In this document: one piece after another, positions 8,601 through 18,539 of the stretch | Position numbering within the stretch: the first letter of the stretch is position 1 | How the letters are laid out: each line of letters opens with the position of its first letter | DNA from: Candidatus Micrarchaeota archaeon | Lineage (GTDB): Archaea; Micrarchaeota; Micrarchaeia; Micrarchaeales; CABMGC01 | Reading direction: 5' to 3' | DNA length: 62,171 nt | Assembly (NCBI GenBank): GCA_028867145.1 | Contig: JAGWGX010000003.1 | Coordinates: 1-62,171 of the forward strand | The notes under the pieces: generated by a model | The model's database searches: none | Told to the model about the DNA's origin: nothing | The model's input: only the letters and a program-made list of their open reading frames with translations | Position numbers and translations under genes: made by a program

Positions 8601-8718
8601 TTCTTGAAATTTTATCCCCCAAACCAATAGCTTTGCCGCTTCGTCACACGTCTAATAAAATGGAAGGAGGATGGAAGCTTTAAAAATCTCACCTATGTAA
8701 CTAACGTCAGTGATATGA

Positions 8719-9096
8719 ATGGCAAAAGGAGGAAACAATGTGGGAGTATCAGTACTCGAGTTCGTAGGAAGCCTCCTGTTCCTTTGGGTAATCTGGGGAG
8801 CATGGGGAGCTTGGACAGCAGGTGGTTCAAGTTCGTTGGGCATTCTGGCGGCTTTGGTATTCGGTGCGGGCGCGATTAGCGCAGTGGGTCTCTTCTTCAT
8901 GAGCCTTGCATCCTTCATGGGTGGCTGGAATGAGGAGATGGTGAACGGGGTTATGATGGCTCAGAGATGGGCTGGAATTGCAACCGTTGCAATCTCTGCC
9001 GGCGCAGGAGCTGGTGGAACCACGTGGCTGTATGCCTCAGTACTCGGATTCATCCTGGCATGGATCGGAGTCGCGATGGCAAAGATGTCAATGTAA
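8719..9096 (+). CDS. Small four-TM membrane protein, paralog 2
   Basis: MAKGGNNVGVSVLEFVGSLLFL aligns with MAKDGKNAGVSVLVLVGSLLYL; shared SL.SFM.GW.EE.V and GFIL.W.GVAMA; T-tract follows. Confidence 0.82.
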   Translation: MAKGGNNVGVSVLEFVGSLLFLWVIWGAWGAWTAGGSSSLGILAALVFGAGAISAVGLFFMSLASFMGGWNEEMVNGVMMAQRWAGIATVAISAGAGAGGTTWLYASVLGFILAWIGVAMAKMSM

Positions 9097-9201
9097 TAAG
9101 CGCATTATTTTTTCTTTTTTGTTTTCTTTTTATTTTGTAACTCCTTAGCAGCGCCGCTGCTATGAAATTAAATTGGCCTCCCTGACCCAAAGCTCTCCTA
9201 A

Positions 9202-11829
9202 CTACTGTGCCCTTACTGTGCTGTTGTATGTGACCTTGAAGAGCTTCGTGTCCTGGTTTATGTAGACCAGCTGCAGCGTTGCCACATTGTTGTTGTAAGA
9301 GCAAGATCCGACTCCGCACTCAAAGAGAAGCTTGAACATGTTGCTGTTTGCAATTCCAGCGTTCATCATGTAAACTCCCGTAATGTTGACGTATGCGCCC
9401 TGCTTTGGAACTGGAGAGTACTGCATCACCAGCGTCTGGTTGCTTGTCGCATTGTATGCCTGCTGGAGCACCTGATAGCTCGCGTTTTGCTGGTTGTAAA
9501 ACACGATGCTCCTAAACGGCGCGACATACTGGCCGAAGGTAAGGTACCCGTTGACCTTCTGCGTCCCGTTATACGTTCCTATTTTTACGGTGGCTTGATA
9601 GCCCTGAGGGGACTGGAAGGCATAAGTCTGTCCCGTCTGGTTCACATTCTCCTGGAAGGTGGTGAAGATGCTGTATGCGTAAAGCTGGGAGATCGCCTGG
9701 CTTATCGCGCCGCTCTGGTTCCTTGTCAGCTGGCTCGTGCTGTTTAGGTGCAGCCTTGCAAGCATCGAGGAGACAATCGACTGGTTGTAGGTGGTGGCGT
9801 TGAACTCCGTTTCGGTGTATATCCCGCCCGTCTCCTGCAGCCACGTGTACCTTGCGAGTATGTAGTCTGGCCTTCCGTTTATTTTGCCTGTGAGGAACTG
9901 CGGGTTCTTGGTGGTGTTAAAGAGCCACATTGCAAACGGCCCCGCCTTGCTCCTGTTCTGCGATCCAACGCTGTCCGTGACGCTCGTCTTGTTCGCGACT
10001 CCCTCCACAAGGCTTCCGTCGGGCCACAGCGTCAAGATCACCGCGTTTGAGGGGGTGTTACCATGTATCCACTGCAGCGCGGTTATGAACTGCGGGTTTA
10101 TGTTGTCCGCCTGTATTAGTGTCACCGAGTATCCTGTGTCAATTAGCATTATGTACCCGATAAGCACCGCAAGCAGCCCTAGCCCCAACGCGAAGCTGAG
10201 CCTGTTGAAATTCTTTAGCCAAAGCAGCACCCAGTACATCGTGTACGCTGTGAAGATCGCAAGCGGTATTGAGAGAAGCGAGTTGAACCTGACGGCGTGC
10301 ATCTGAAGGTACGCGGTCACAGCGTAGTATGCGATGAAAACAAAGAGCGCATCGCTTGCCCTGAATTTGATCACTGCCCTTCCGCTGAGGAACTTGTCAT
10401 GCTCCACCCCCTCAAAGTCCATGAAGAAGTACATCGAGGCGACCACCATCATCGCCACCCAGAAGAGATCAACGATGCCTGGGTAGTAAGTCGAGAAGTA
10501 CATCAAGATCGACATAGGCGCCATGAAGAGCGTCGCGCCAAAGCTTGCAAACAAGAACGAGGAGCTTGGCGCCTGGAGCTCCTGGATGGATGCGGCAAAT
10601 GCGATGTTGGTTTGGAAGCCGCTTGTGACAAAAATGGATTGCACAATCTGCGGTGCAAGCAGGTAGATGAAGAGCACGGATCCCAAAGCGAAGAGCAACG
10701 CGGTGGTAAGCCTCTTTTTGAGCGTGGAGACATACAGGCCAAACCTCTCCTTGCTCTTGATTAAGAAGAGCGCGAGCTCGTTGCCTATTAGTATCAGCGC
10801 GAAGAGCACCAAAAAGTAAATCCCCGTGAACGCCTCGTTCTGAGTCCCTATCAGGTTGAGCGCCTTGTAGGCGCTTGAGAGGACGTACCAGAACCCAAGG
10901 GCAAGTATGAGGTACCTGATCCTTTTTATCGTGTCGAGCTTTTCTGTCAAAAACGCATACAGGAGTATCATCGCAAGGGCAAGGATGTAGATCGCAATCC
11001 CAAACGATGCGCCGTTCCACACAATGTTCCCGAGGCTAAGCATAAGTCCGGTGAGCAGCGCATATCCGAGCAGCTTGTTTTTGTCCTCCGACTTGAGCGT
11101 TCTTATCATGAAGATTAGTCCCACTATAACAAAGATCGTAACAAATCCGTCTCCCCTGTAAACGGTCGCGCTGGTCCTCGCCGCGTCACCCATGCTCAGT
11201 GCGACAAAGAGCATTCCAAGGAGCCCAAATACTCTGTCTTTGTTGAACTCCTGGATGAGGTAATATGTTGCTATCACATCCACCAGCGCAAAAAGTATCG
11301 GGATGAGCCTCATCACGTCATAGTAGCTAACGCCAAAGAACTGCAGGAAGAAATATGGTATGAGGGTGGCCCAGTAAAGCCCGACAGGCTCGCTTACCGC
11401 GGTGTGCGCAGGCCATCCTGATATGCTAAGGAACTGCGGCACCACAAAGTTGTGCAGTATCGCAGCCCTGATCACCGAGTAGTGGTAGAATCCGTCGGGC
11501 TCGTAGAACCCGAAGTAGTGCAAAAGGGTTACCCTGTATGCAATTGTGAGAAGCAGGATAAGCACTGTTCCAAGTATCGTCGCAATCCTGTACTTTCTAA
11601 GGTAGATGGGCACCAGGACTATCAGCGCGCCGAGCGCGGTCCCCGCGTAGAGATAGTTTGCGTTTGAGAAGTTGATTGCAATTAGTATAATTCCTACCGC
11701 AAGGGCTATCCCGTAGGCGTAGTTTGCCATCTTGTCGTGCTTTGCCACCCCTCCCACGTGCGCATGCTCGTGGTGCAAGTGTTCATGGGACGCATGCTCA
11801 GCCTTGTCCTCCTTCGTTTCATGCTCCAA
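9202..11829 (-). CDS. aglB: STT3/AglB-family oligosaccharyltransferase, divergent
   Basis: EPDGFYHY, YRGD and SIQE (TIXE-like) motifs; multi-TM N-terminal half; ALQWIHGNTPSNAVILTLWPDG; soluble C-domain. TTG start 4 nt after AGTGA. Confidence 0.85.
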   Translation of the reverse strand: MEHETKEDKAEHASHEHLHHEHAHVGGVAKHDKMANYAYGIALAVGIILIAINFSNANYLYAGTALGALIVLVPIYLRKYRIATILGTVLILLLTIAYRVTLLHYFGFYEPDGFYHYSVIRAAILHNFVVPQFLSISGWPAHTAVSEPVGLYWATLIPYFFLQFFGVSYYDVMRLIPILFALVDVIATYYLIQEFNKDRVFGLLGMLFVALSMGDAARTSATVYRGDGFVTIFVIVGLIFMIRTLKSEDKNKLLGYALLTGLMLSLGNIVWNGASFGIAIYILALAMILLYAFLTEKLDTIKRIRYLILALGFWYVLSSAYKALNLIGTQNEAFTGIYFLVLFALILIGNELALFLIKSKERFGLYVSTLKKRLTTALLFALGSVLFIYLLAPQIVQSIFVTSGFQTNIAFAASIQELQAPSSSFLFASFGATLFMAPMSILMYFSTYYPGIVDLFWVAMMVVASMYFFMDFEGVEHDKFLSGRAVIKFRASDALFVFIAYYAVTAYLQMHAVRFNSLLSIPLAIFTAYTMYWVLLWLKNFNRLSFALGLGLLAVLIGYIMLIDTGYSVTLIQADNINPQFITALQWIHGNTPSNAVILTLWPDGSLVEGVANKTSVTDSVGSQNRSKAGPFAMWLFNTTKNPQFLTGKINGRPDYILARYTWLQETGGIYTETEFNATTYNQSIVSSMLARLHLNSTSQLTRNQSGAISQAISQLYAYSIFTTFQENVNQTGQTYAFQSPQGYQATVKIGTYNGTQKVNGYLTFGQYVAPFRSIVFYNQQNASYQVLQQAYNATSNQTLVMQYSPVPKQGAYVNITGVYMMNAGIANSNMFKLLFECGVGSCSYNNNVATLQLVYINQDTKLFKVTYNSTVRAQ

Positions 11830-11875
11830 ACAATCACTGCGAGTTAACTTCATTACTAATGTCGCAAAAGCATAT

Positions 11876-12580
11876 TTAAAGACGCCTTATCCGTTTACTT
11901 TTTGTGCCCCTTATGTAACCTACAAGCATGTTGTGCCTTGGGAAGTAGAACGGCACGGTGTGCTCTAGCTCAAACCCCTTTCCCAAATGCTCCAAGAGGT
12001 TCCTATAGCCATAGTGGTACTCAATGTCTATCTGTGAAAATTTGGAGAGCGTGCTACCTGTCTCCTTGAGCAGTCCGTACTCCCCGCCCTCGCAGTCCAT
12101 CTTGAGCACGAGGTTGCTACCCAGCTTGTATTTTTTTATGAGATCCGCAAGGCTGACCTTGTTATACATCCCCTTGACTACAGTGATCTTGCCAGCGACC
12201 CCATTTTGCTCAGCGTTCTTTCTTATCCACTTGAGCCTGTCGGAATTGGCTGGCTCAATCGCATAGACGTGCCTCGCGCCGTTGAGCGCGAAGTATATCG
12301 CCGTGTCGCCGATCGATGCGCCTATGTCAATCACCACCTTGTCCTTAACGTCAAGGTCCATGTAGGGCTGGATCACGAATATCTCGTTCATTATGTTCTT
12401 TAGCTGGTCAGGGCGCACCGCGTCGGTCGCGAGCCTCACCCTCCTGCCCTTGTAGACGTACTCAACCGCATTTCCATTTCCTTTAATCTGTTCATACCCA
12501 CTTGGCTTGAAGAACATGGACGACCAGGCCTTGAGGCTCTTTATCGGAATCAGCGGAAGGTCGTAAAGCGAGATATTCAT
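11876..12580 (-). CDS. FkbM-family methyltransferase
   Basis: VIDIGASIGDTAIYFA, YAIEP, LKMDCEGGEY, IEYH. Confidence 0.92.
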   Translation of the reverse strand: MNISLYDLPLIPIKSLKAWSSMFFKPSGYEQIKGNGNAVEYVYKGRRVRLATDAVRPDQLKNIMNEIFVIQPYMDLDVKDKVVIDIGASIGDTAIYFALNGARHVYAIEPANSDRLKWIRKNAEQNGVAGKITVVKGMYNKVSLADLIKKYKLGSNLVLKMDCEGGEYGLLKETGSTLSKFSQIDIEYHYGYRNLLEHLGKGFELEHTVPFYFPRHNMLVGYIRGTKSKRIRRL

Positions 12581-12709
12581 TTGCTCACCAAGAACAGATT
12601 GCTTAGCATGGGATAACTATTTAACGCTAAGCCAAGCTGCAAGTGCAGGGTGCTGGATTATAATTATTATATACCATTAGTTACGATGTCTATTCGAAGG
12701 AAGGATTGC

Positions 12710-14242
12710 ATGGGCGAGAAGAAGCTTTATTTCATTGGCATAGACTCAACACCTTTGTGGATCATAAACGAGCTGAAGCGAAAATACGACCTATCGGGCT
12801 TTGAGCATTTCGCAAACAACGGAATACTCAAGGAGATGAAATCAACCGTGCCTCCAGTGACCTCTGCAGCATGGCCCAGCATCTACACCGGCCTAGAGCC
12901 AAACGAGCACCAGATACTTGAGTTCTCGAAGATCGACAGCAATTACAACAAGCAGCTGATCTACTACGATTCGTCTAGCCCCAGGCCCTTCTGGGAGGCT
13001 CTCGCCTCAAAGGGATTCAAATGCCTTGTAATCACGCCGGCGGTTTTCCTTGAAGACAAGAAGATGAAGAACGTCGACATGATAACAGGGTGGCCGCTAA
13101 AGCCAAGGTACAGCTCAAGGGAACTGGAGGCGCAGGCAAGGAGATTCATGTTTGATGGCGAGCCTGACATAGGCATCCAGCTCAACTCCGGAAGGCTCTC
13201 GCTTAGCAAGGCATCGCAGCTCTACACTAAGAGCATAAGAGCAAGAGCAAAGCTTGCTCAGCATCTAATTTCCACCAAGGAGTACGATATGGTCTTCGTC
13301 TGCTTCACCGAGACCGACAGGATGCAGCATTATGCGCTCAGCGAGAAAGATTGGGAGAGGACAGTTGCGCCGCTCTACGTTGCTATATCTGATTTCATGA
13401 ACTGGATTTTTTCATTCTCAAAAAACAATCCCACAAAGCCCCTTCTTATGGTCGCATCAGACCACGGCGCGCAGCCAACCCACCACAAGTTCCTGCCCAA
13501 CTCATGGCTTGTTGAGAAGGGCTACGCAGAATTGAGGGGTGATTTATCCGGCGCCGCAAAGCCAAAATTGGGGAAATCAGAAAAGGGGATTGCAAAGAAA
13601 ATAAAGGTTGCAATAAGCGAGAGGATGGCAAGCAGCAGCATGCGAAGGAAAATATACGATAGGTTGCCAGCATCCTTGCAAAAAATGGGCGAGAAATTCG
13701 TGGAGGAGAACTTGGATCAGGGCGAAGCTAGCGAATACCTCAAAATTCTCGAAACTGATTTTGACATGAAGAATACAAGGGCGTTCGCATCAGTTTCAAA
13801 CGGCAACATGGGCATGATCTGGATAAATGACAAGAGGTTCTCAAGACCCGCAGTGTCTGCAAGGGAAAAGGGGGCGCTGAAAAAGGAGCTGATTGCAGAA
13901 CTTAAGGGCGCAAAATCAATCGAGAAGGGAAAGTTGATGGACAATGTATACGATGCAGGCAAATTCTATCGCAACGTGACAAAATTTATCGCCCCTGACA
14001 TAGTTTTTCAGCTCACCGAAGGCTACACAAACGACTTCTCCCACTACTCAAAGTCCTTCTTCGTTAAGCCCGAAGCTGCAAGGAGGGGAGATCACACGAT
14101 GTTTGGGATATTTGGCATGGTGGGAATGAGCGCGCAAGCATCGGCGTCAATGAAGAAAAGTGAACTGAACCTGTGCAACATCGCACCTACCATAACAAAG
14201 TATTTCGGTATAAAGGGGCAATCGAGAAATTCGCTAATATGA
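12710..14242 (+). CDS. Alkaline phosphatase superfamily (type I phosphodiesterase/nucleotide pyrophosphatase) protein
   Basis: FIGIDS, STVPPVTSAAWPSIYTG, TDRMQH, SDHG, GDH metal ligands; ATG 12710 follows AGGA. Confidence 0.9.
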   Translation: MGEKKLYFIGIDSTPLWIINELKRKYDLSGFEHFANNGILKEMKSTVPPVTSAAWPSIYTGLEPNEHQILEFSKIDSNYNKQLIYYDSSSPRPFWEALASKGFKCLVITPAVFLEDKKMKNVDMITGWPLKPRYSSRELEAQARRFMFDGEPDIGIQLNSGRLSLSKASQLYTKSIRARAKLAQHLISTKEYDMVFVCFTETDRMQHYALSEKDWERTVAPLYVAISDFMNWIFSFSKNNPTKPLLMVASDHGAQPTHHKFLPNSWLVEKGYAELRGDLSGAAKPKLGKSEKGIAKKIKVAISERMASSSMRRKIYDRLPASLQKMGEKFVEENLDQGEASEYLKILETDFDMKNTRAFASVSNGNMGMIWINDKRFSRPAVSAREKGALKKELIAELKGAKSIEKGKLMDNVYDAGKFYRNVTKFIAPDIVFQLTEGYTNDFSHYSKSFFVKPEAARRGDHTMFGIFGMVGMSAQASASMKKSELNLCNIAPTITKYFGIKGQSRNSLI

Positions 14243-14252
14243 GGTCTGTCGC

Positions 14253-15122
14253 ATGCAAAAAAACCTGATGCTTTCATTGATCAAGAGCGCAGTAGGGGAC
14301 AAGTCCGGCTCGCTCGATGTCGTCTACAAGCATGTCAAAAACTGGCACACCATTCCAATTTTTATCCTTGGACTAGGGAATGAAATTGAGATAGTGACCA
14401 AAGACCACAGGAAGTTTAGGATCAAAGTTCAAAAGGGGTTTGTGGAGATGCAATACAAGAAAGGCCAGGTGAGATTTGCCTACGCCAAAAGGGGCGATAT
14501 AGTCCACATTCTCCTGATGCTGATAGGCGAATTCATGGCCGAGCCCCACAGAGGGCTCAGGGTTAGGGGAAGGCCGGTTGTCGACGTAGGCGCGTACATA
14601 GGGGACACCGCGATATACTTCGCGCTCAACGGAGCAAGGCACGTCTATGCGATTGAGCCGTATCCCTATTCCTGCGCAATCGCGATAAAAAACATAGAGC
14701 TAAACAACCTCCAGAAAAAAATAACGGTCATAAATGCAGGATGCGCCTCAAAGCCCGGCACGATGAAAATAGACCCGAAGTTTGAGAACCTTGCCGGCGC
14801 CGATGTAAGGGCTGACAAGAAGGGGAAAAGCGTGAAGGTCATCACACTTGAGGCATTGGCGAGGGAGTATCGCCTCAAGGACGCAGCGCTAAAGATTGAT
14901 TGTGAGGGCTGCGAGTACGACATAATCGGGGGAACTTCACCAAGCGTGCTGAAAAAGTTTACTGACATGCTAATAGAGTATCACTATGGCTACAAGCCTA
15001 TTGTTGACAGGCTGATGCGAATAGGCTTCAGGACAGAACATACGAAGCCTGAGAAATCCTTCAATGCAAACACAAAGAGGAAGGAGATGTACATGGGCGA
15101 TATCTATGCCACCAAAAAATGA
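14253..15122 (+). CDS. FkbM-family methyltransferase
   Basis: VVDVGAYIGDTAIYFA, YAIEP, LKIDCEGCEY, IEYH. Confidence 0.92.
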   Translation: MQKNLMLSLIKSAVGDKSGSLDVVYKHVKNWHTIPIFILGLGNEIEIVTKDHRKFRIKVQKGFVEMQYKKGQVRFAYAKRGDIVHILLMLIGEFMAEPHRGLRVRGRPVVDVGAYIGDTAIYFALNGARHVYAIEPYPYSCAIAIKNIELNNLQKKITVINAGCASKPGTMKIDPKFENLAGADVRADKKGKSVKVITLEALAREYRLKDAALKIDCEGCEYDIIGGTSPSVLKKFTDMLIEYHYGYKPIVDRLMRIGFRTEHTKPEKSFNANTKRKEMYMGDIYATKK

Positions 15123-15126
15123 TCAA

Positions 15127-16167
15127 ATGCACGGCCTCACAACCTTAATCTTTTCAAAGGACGACGTTACCCAGGCACTCGGCCTTATAAGGAACGTATA
15201 CAAGATCTCGGACGAGATAGTCCTCATAGACTCAAGCAGCAAAAAAAACAGCAAGGCATTGCAGTCCGAGCTAAAGAGGCTTGGCAAGGTAAGATATTTC
15301 TACACCGTTGCGCTCGGCTACCCTGATCCTATGAGGATGTATGCACTCAAGAAGTGCAGGTTCGAGTGGGTGCTGCTCATAGATACCGATGAGAGGCTGT
15401 CGGTCTCATTGCACAGGGACATAAAAAAGCTAATTGGCGAGGCTTCGCGCGATGCGTACGCAATAAAAAGATACGAAGGGGTGATGAAGGGCTCGAACTC
15501 AAGCAACTTCACATGGCAGACCAGGCTCTTTAGGAGAGGCAAGGTAAGTTTCACCGGGATGCTTCACGAGCAGGCTGCGATCGAAGGAAGGCTTGTTAGG
15601 CTCGATGACACCGGCTACTACATGTCCCACAATGCGGCTATGCTGCACACCGCAAGCTCCGTATACGAGCAGCTCTACAAATTCGACAGGTTCACCTATC
15701 AAATCTACAATCGGAAGATGCTTGATTATCTCTCAAAGATAATCGTGCCGGAAATGCCAATTGAGAGGACGGCGACAGGAAAACTGTTGCTTTGGGCGCT
15801 GCTAGCCTATGAAAACCTGGGCGGAAAGGGCCAGAACCGCGAGCTCACAAGGCTGGACTACAACACGCTCTATCTGATCAGGAACATAGTGTATGGGATA
15901 AAGCAGGAGGGATTGGGCGGAATTTCGAAGGCATTTGGGATAACCTCAAAAGAGCTGTCTGAATTCTACGGGCACATGTCTGGAAAGGACAGCGCAGAAA
16001 CGCTTGCGATATCGATTGAGCTCAATCGGGTCGGCCTGATAAAATACCTTGGCCTTGACAAGGAGGCCACCATAATGCGCCTGAATGCAAAATACAAAGA
16101 TGCAAAGCAGGGCATACCTCTTCTCGTGCGGCTTCTAAAGGAAAGGCATTCAAAGTCCAAAAAATAG
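15127..16167 (+). CDS. GT2 glycosyltransferase
   Basis: DEIVLIDSSS, EWVLLIDTDERL, QTRLFRR, GMLHE. Confidence 0.88.
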   Translation: MHGLTTLIFSKDDVTQALGLIRNVYKISDEIVLIDSSSKKNSKALQSELKRLGKVRYFYTVALGYPDPMRMYALKKCRFEWVLLIDTDERLSVSLHRDIKKLIGEASRDAYAIKRYEGVMKGSNSSNFTWQTRLFRRGKVSFTGMLHEQAAIEGRLVRLDDTGYYMSHNAAMLHTASSVYEQLYKFDRFTYQIYNRKMLDYLSKIIVPEMPIERTATGKLLLWALLAYENLGGKGQNRELTRLDYNTLYLIRNIVYGIKQEGLGGISKAFGITSKELSEFYGHMSGKDSAETLAISIELNRVGLIKYLGLDKEATIMRLNAKYKDAKQGIPLLVRLLKERHSKSKK

Positions 16168-16281
16168 ATTTTCAATCCAGGCCAAATGACCGCAAACGTT
16201 TATTGGATAACATTATTAAAGCGCGTCGCCTTCAACCTATTGCGCCTAATTTTCGAGTCGATATTGGGAGGCGTGAGATAA

Positions 16282-17316
16282 ATGCGATACAAAAACCAGG
16301 TCTTCATTCCTACAGTGGCGGAGTTTAAGGAGGATATCCAAACAAGCATGAGCATCCAAAAGCCTCTTGCTGAGGCGGGATACGCCACAGGGTTGATGCT
16401 GGTGATAAGGGGAGGCAAAAGAGGCGTGACTCTAGGCGAAATAATCTCAAAGCAGTATTCAAACATCAGTGCAATCTACGAACCCTTCCAAGGTGCGGAA
16501 ATGAGCGCAATTGCGTTGATGCTCTCCAACATGCCAATTGAGGAAATAGACTTCCTTCATAGTCCTCGCCATTCAGCGGAGCACGTGATGAAAGGTGTGG
16601 ACTTCGCCAGAAAGATGCCTGTGAACTTCGAGAGGAAAATACTAACATTCCATCTGAATTCTCTTGTAACAAAATCAGAATTCCTAAGCCTCAGTGAGGC
16701 GCAGTGGAAGAGGGAGTTCTCGCAGACTATGTACCCTGCGCTGATGCAGGTCTCCAATTACGCAAAGAAAAATGGCATAGAGATCAAGGTGGAGACAGTG
16801 CCTGTACCGGAATTCGGCGACATTCCATCTTCAGATACGAGAAGATATCGCGGTGCTAAGCTCAGCGAGCTAAGAAACCCGTTTTATTTCACCTCCAGCT
16901 GGGGCTTCTCTCAGGCGCGGGAGGCGGGCCTTGGAATATGCCTGGACCTGTCGCACAGCAGAACGATATACGAAGTTGCGAAGAACACAGACTCAACCGA
17001 TCCGGAAAGCTCCCTTTTCAAAGGCGACTACGGGCTGCTAAAGGGCCGCTCGCTCCTCGATGACGTCATGGACCTAGAGCGCACAGACATTGTGCATTTA
17101 AATGACGGCGCAGGCAACTACTTGAGCAATCCGGAGCGCGTTTTCAAGGAGAATCTTGTGCTAGGGGAAGGCGAAATCAAGGATCTAAAGAAGATGGTAA
17201 GGAGGCTTGATGAGAAGGGCATAGCATATGTCCTGGAGATCGGAGAGACAAATTTCAAAGAGCGCCCAAACACTGCAGCATCAATAAAGTACCTTTTGGA
17301 ATCTGCTCAAACCTAG
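16282..17316 (+). CDS. Xylose isomerase-like TIM-barrel protein (sugar isomerase/epimerase family)
   Basis: LTFH, KVETVP, ICLDLSH, VHLND, LVLGEGEI, VLEI. Confidence 0.75.
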   Translation: MRYKNQVFIPTVAEFKEDIQTSMSIQKPLAEAGYATGLMLVIRGGKRGVTLGEIISKQYSNISAIYEPFQGAEMSAIALMLSNMPIEEIDFLHSPRHSAEHVMKGVDFARKMPVNFERKILTFHLNSLVTKSEFLSLSEAQWKREFSQTMYPALMQVSNYAKKNGIEIKVETVPVPEFGDIPSSDTRRYRGAKLSELRNPFYFTSSWGFSQAREAGLGICLDLSHSRTIYEVAKNTDSTDPESSLFKGDYGLLKGRSLLDDVMDLERTDIVHLNDGAGNYLSNPERVFKENLVLGEGEIKDLKKMVRRLDEKGIAYVLEIGETNFKERPNTAASIKYLLESAQT

Positions 17317-17434
17317 GCAAATATCCGTCGCCCGTATTATCACGCGGCACAGCGAGGGAACATTGAAAGCTGTTTTTTGCCGCCTGCAAACCTTATATAT
17401 CTTGTTTTGGCATCTTTCATAAGTTGGGGATGAG

Positions 17435-18520
17435 ATGAAGGTTGCAATAGTCACGCTTGTAAGGCCGTATGAGGGTAGCGGGGATGGAATTACCGAGTAC
17501 ACCTACCAGATTTACCAAAAGCTAAAGGGCAAGGCCCAAATAGACCTTGTTTATCCCCTATCCAATCTCAAGAGACAGGACACCCTTGGACTGGTCTATG
17601 CAAATTCCCTATTCAAGCTCAAGATCAAGAGGCTCGCAAAGAAAGATTACGACGTCATACACATAGCCCATCCAGAGCTTGGATTTGCGGCGCGCATGCT
17701 CAGGGAGGGCGGCTCCAAGGCAAGAATAGTTAGCTGCATACACGATCTTATGAGGCTAGATAGCGGGTTCCACAAGGGGGTGATGCAGGGCGCGTACAAC
17801 TACATCGTCTCAGCAAGCATCCGCGACGCGATAAACTACTCAAACTTCATAATATTCACCTCAAGCTCCGTGCAAAAGGACGTCCTCTCAAGGTTCAAGG
17901 AGATAAAGGACTGGTCCACTACGCTGCTTGGCACAAAGGACTACTTTCTCACGACCCAAATACCAAAAAAGCCAAGGCGCAAGGAGTTTAAAGTAGGCTA
18001 CATAGGCTCATTTGCTTACCACAAGAACGTGATTTTCATACTCAAGACCGCGCTGGAGCTTAGGAAAAACAGCGAGATCAAGTTCCTCATATATGGCACA
18101 GGCGCCGAGAAGGAGCACCTGCACAGCTACAAGGGCGAGATGAACCTTACAAACGTGACCTTCATGGGCTTTGCCCCTGAGGACAAACTGCTTCAGATAT
18201 ACGACGGCTTTGATGCCTTCTTCTGGCCAAGCATAGGCGACAGCTCAAGCTTCCCCATAGAGGATGCCAAGGCAAGGGGCCTTCCAATAGTTGTTGCAAA
18301 AAACAACATCTTCGATGAGGAGGTGCGAAAGTACGCCTTTGAGGCAAAGGATCCCCGCGAGGCGGCTAAGGTTCTTGTCGCCCTCAAGGCAAAGGGATTT
18401 GGCAAAAAAATGAGCGCGGCTGAAATAAAATATGCAGAGAGCATTTCATGGTCTAACACCGCCAGAAAGACTCTCGATATCTACACTAAACTGGGCAAGT
18501 CAAAAGGAAAGAGGGCATAG
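17435..18520 (+). CDS. GT4 glycosyltransferase
   Basis: DVIHI, IHDL, GYIGSFAYHKNV, FMGFAPE, FPIEDAKARGLPIV. Confidence 0.9.
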   Translation: MKVAIVTLVRPYEGSGDGITEYTYQIYQKLKGKAQIDLVYPLSNLKRQDTLGLVYANSLFKLKIKRLAKKDYDVIHIAHPELGFAARMLREGGSKARIVSCIHDLMRLDSGFHKGVMQGAYNYIVSASIRDAINYSNFIIFTSSSVQKDVLSRFKEIKDWSTTLLGTKDYFLTTQIPKKPRRKEFKVGYIGSFAYHKNVIFILKTALELRKNSEIKFLIYGTGAEKEHLHSYKGEMNLTNVTFMGFAPEDKLLQIYDGFDAFFWPSIGDSSSFPIEDAKARGLPIVVAKNNIFDEEVRKYAFEAKDPREAAKVLVALKAKGFGKKMSAAEIKYAESISWSNTARKTLDIYTKLGKSKGKRA

Positions 18521-18539
18521 AGTTCATTCGTGGTTTTTT

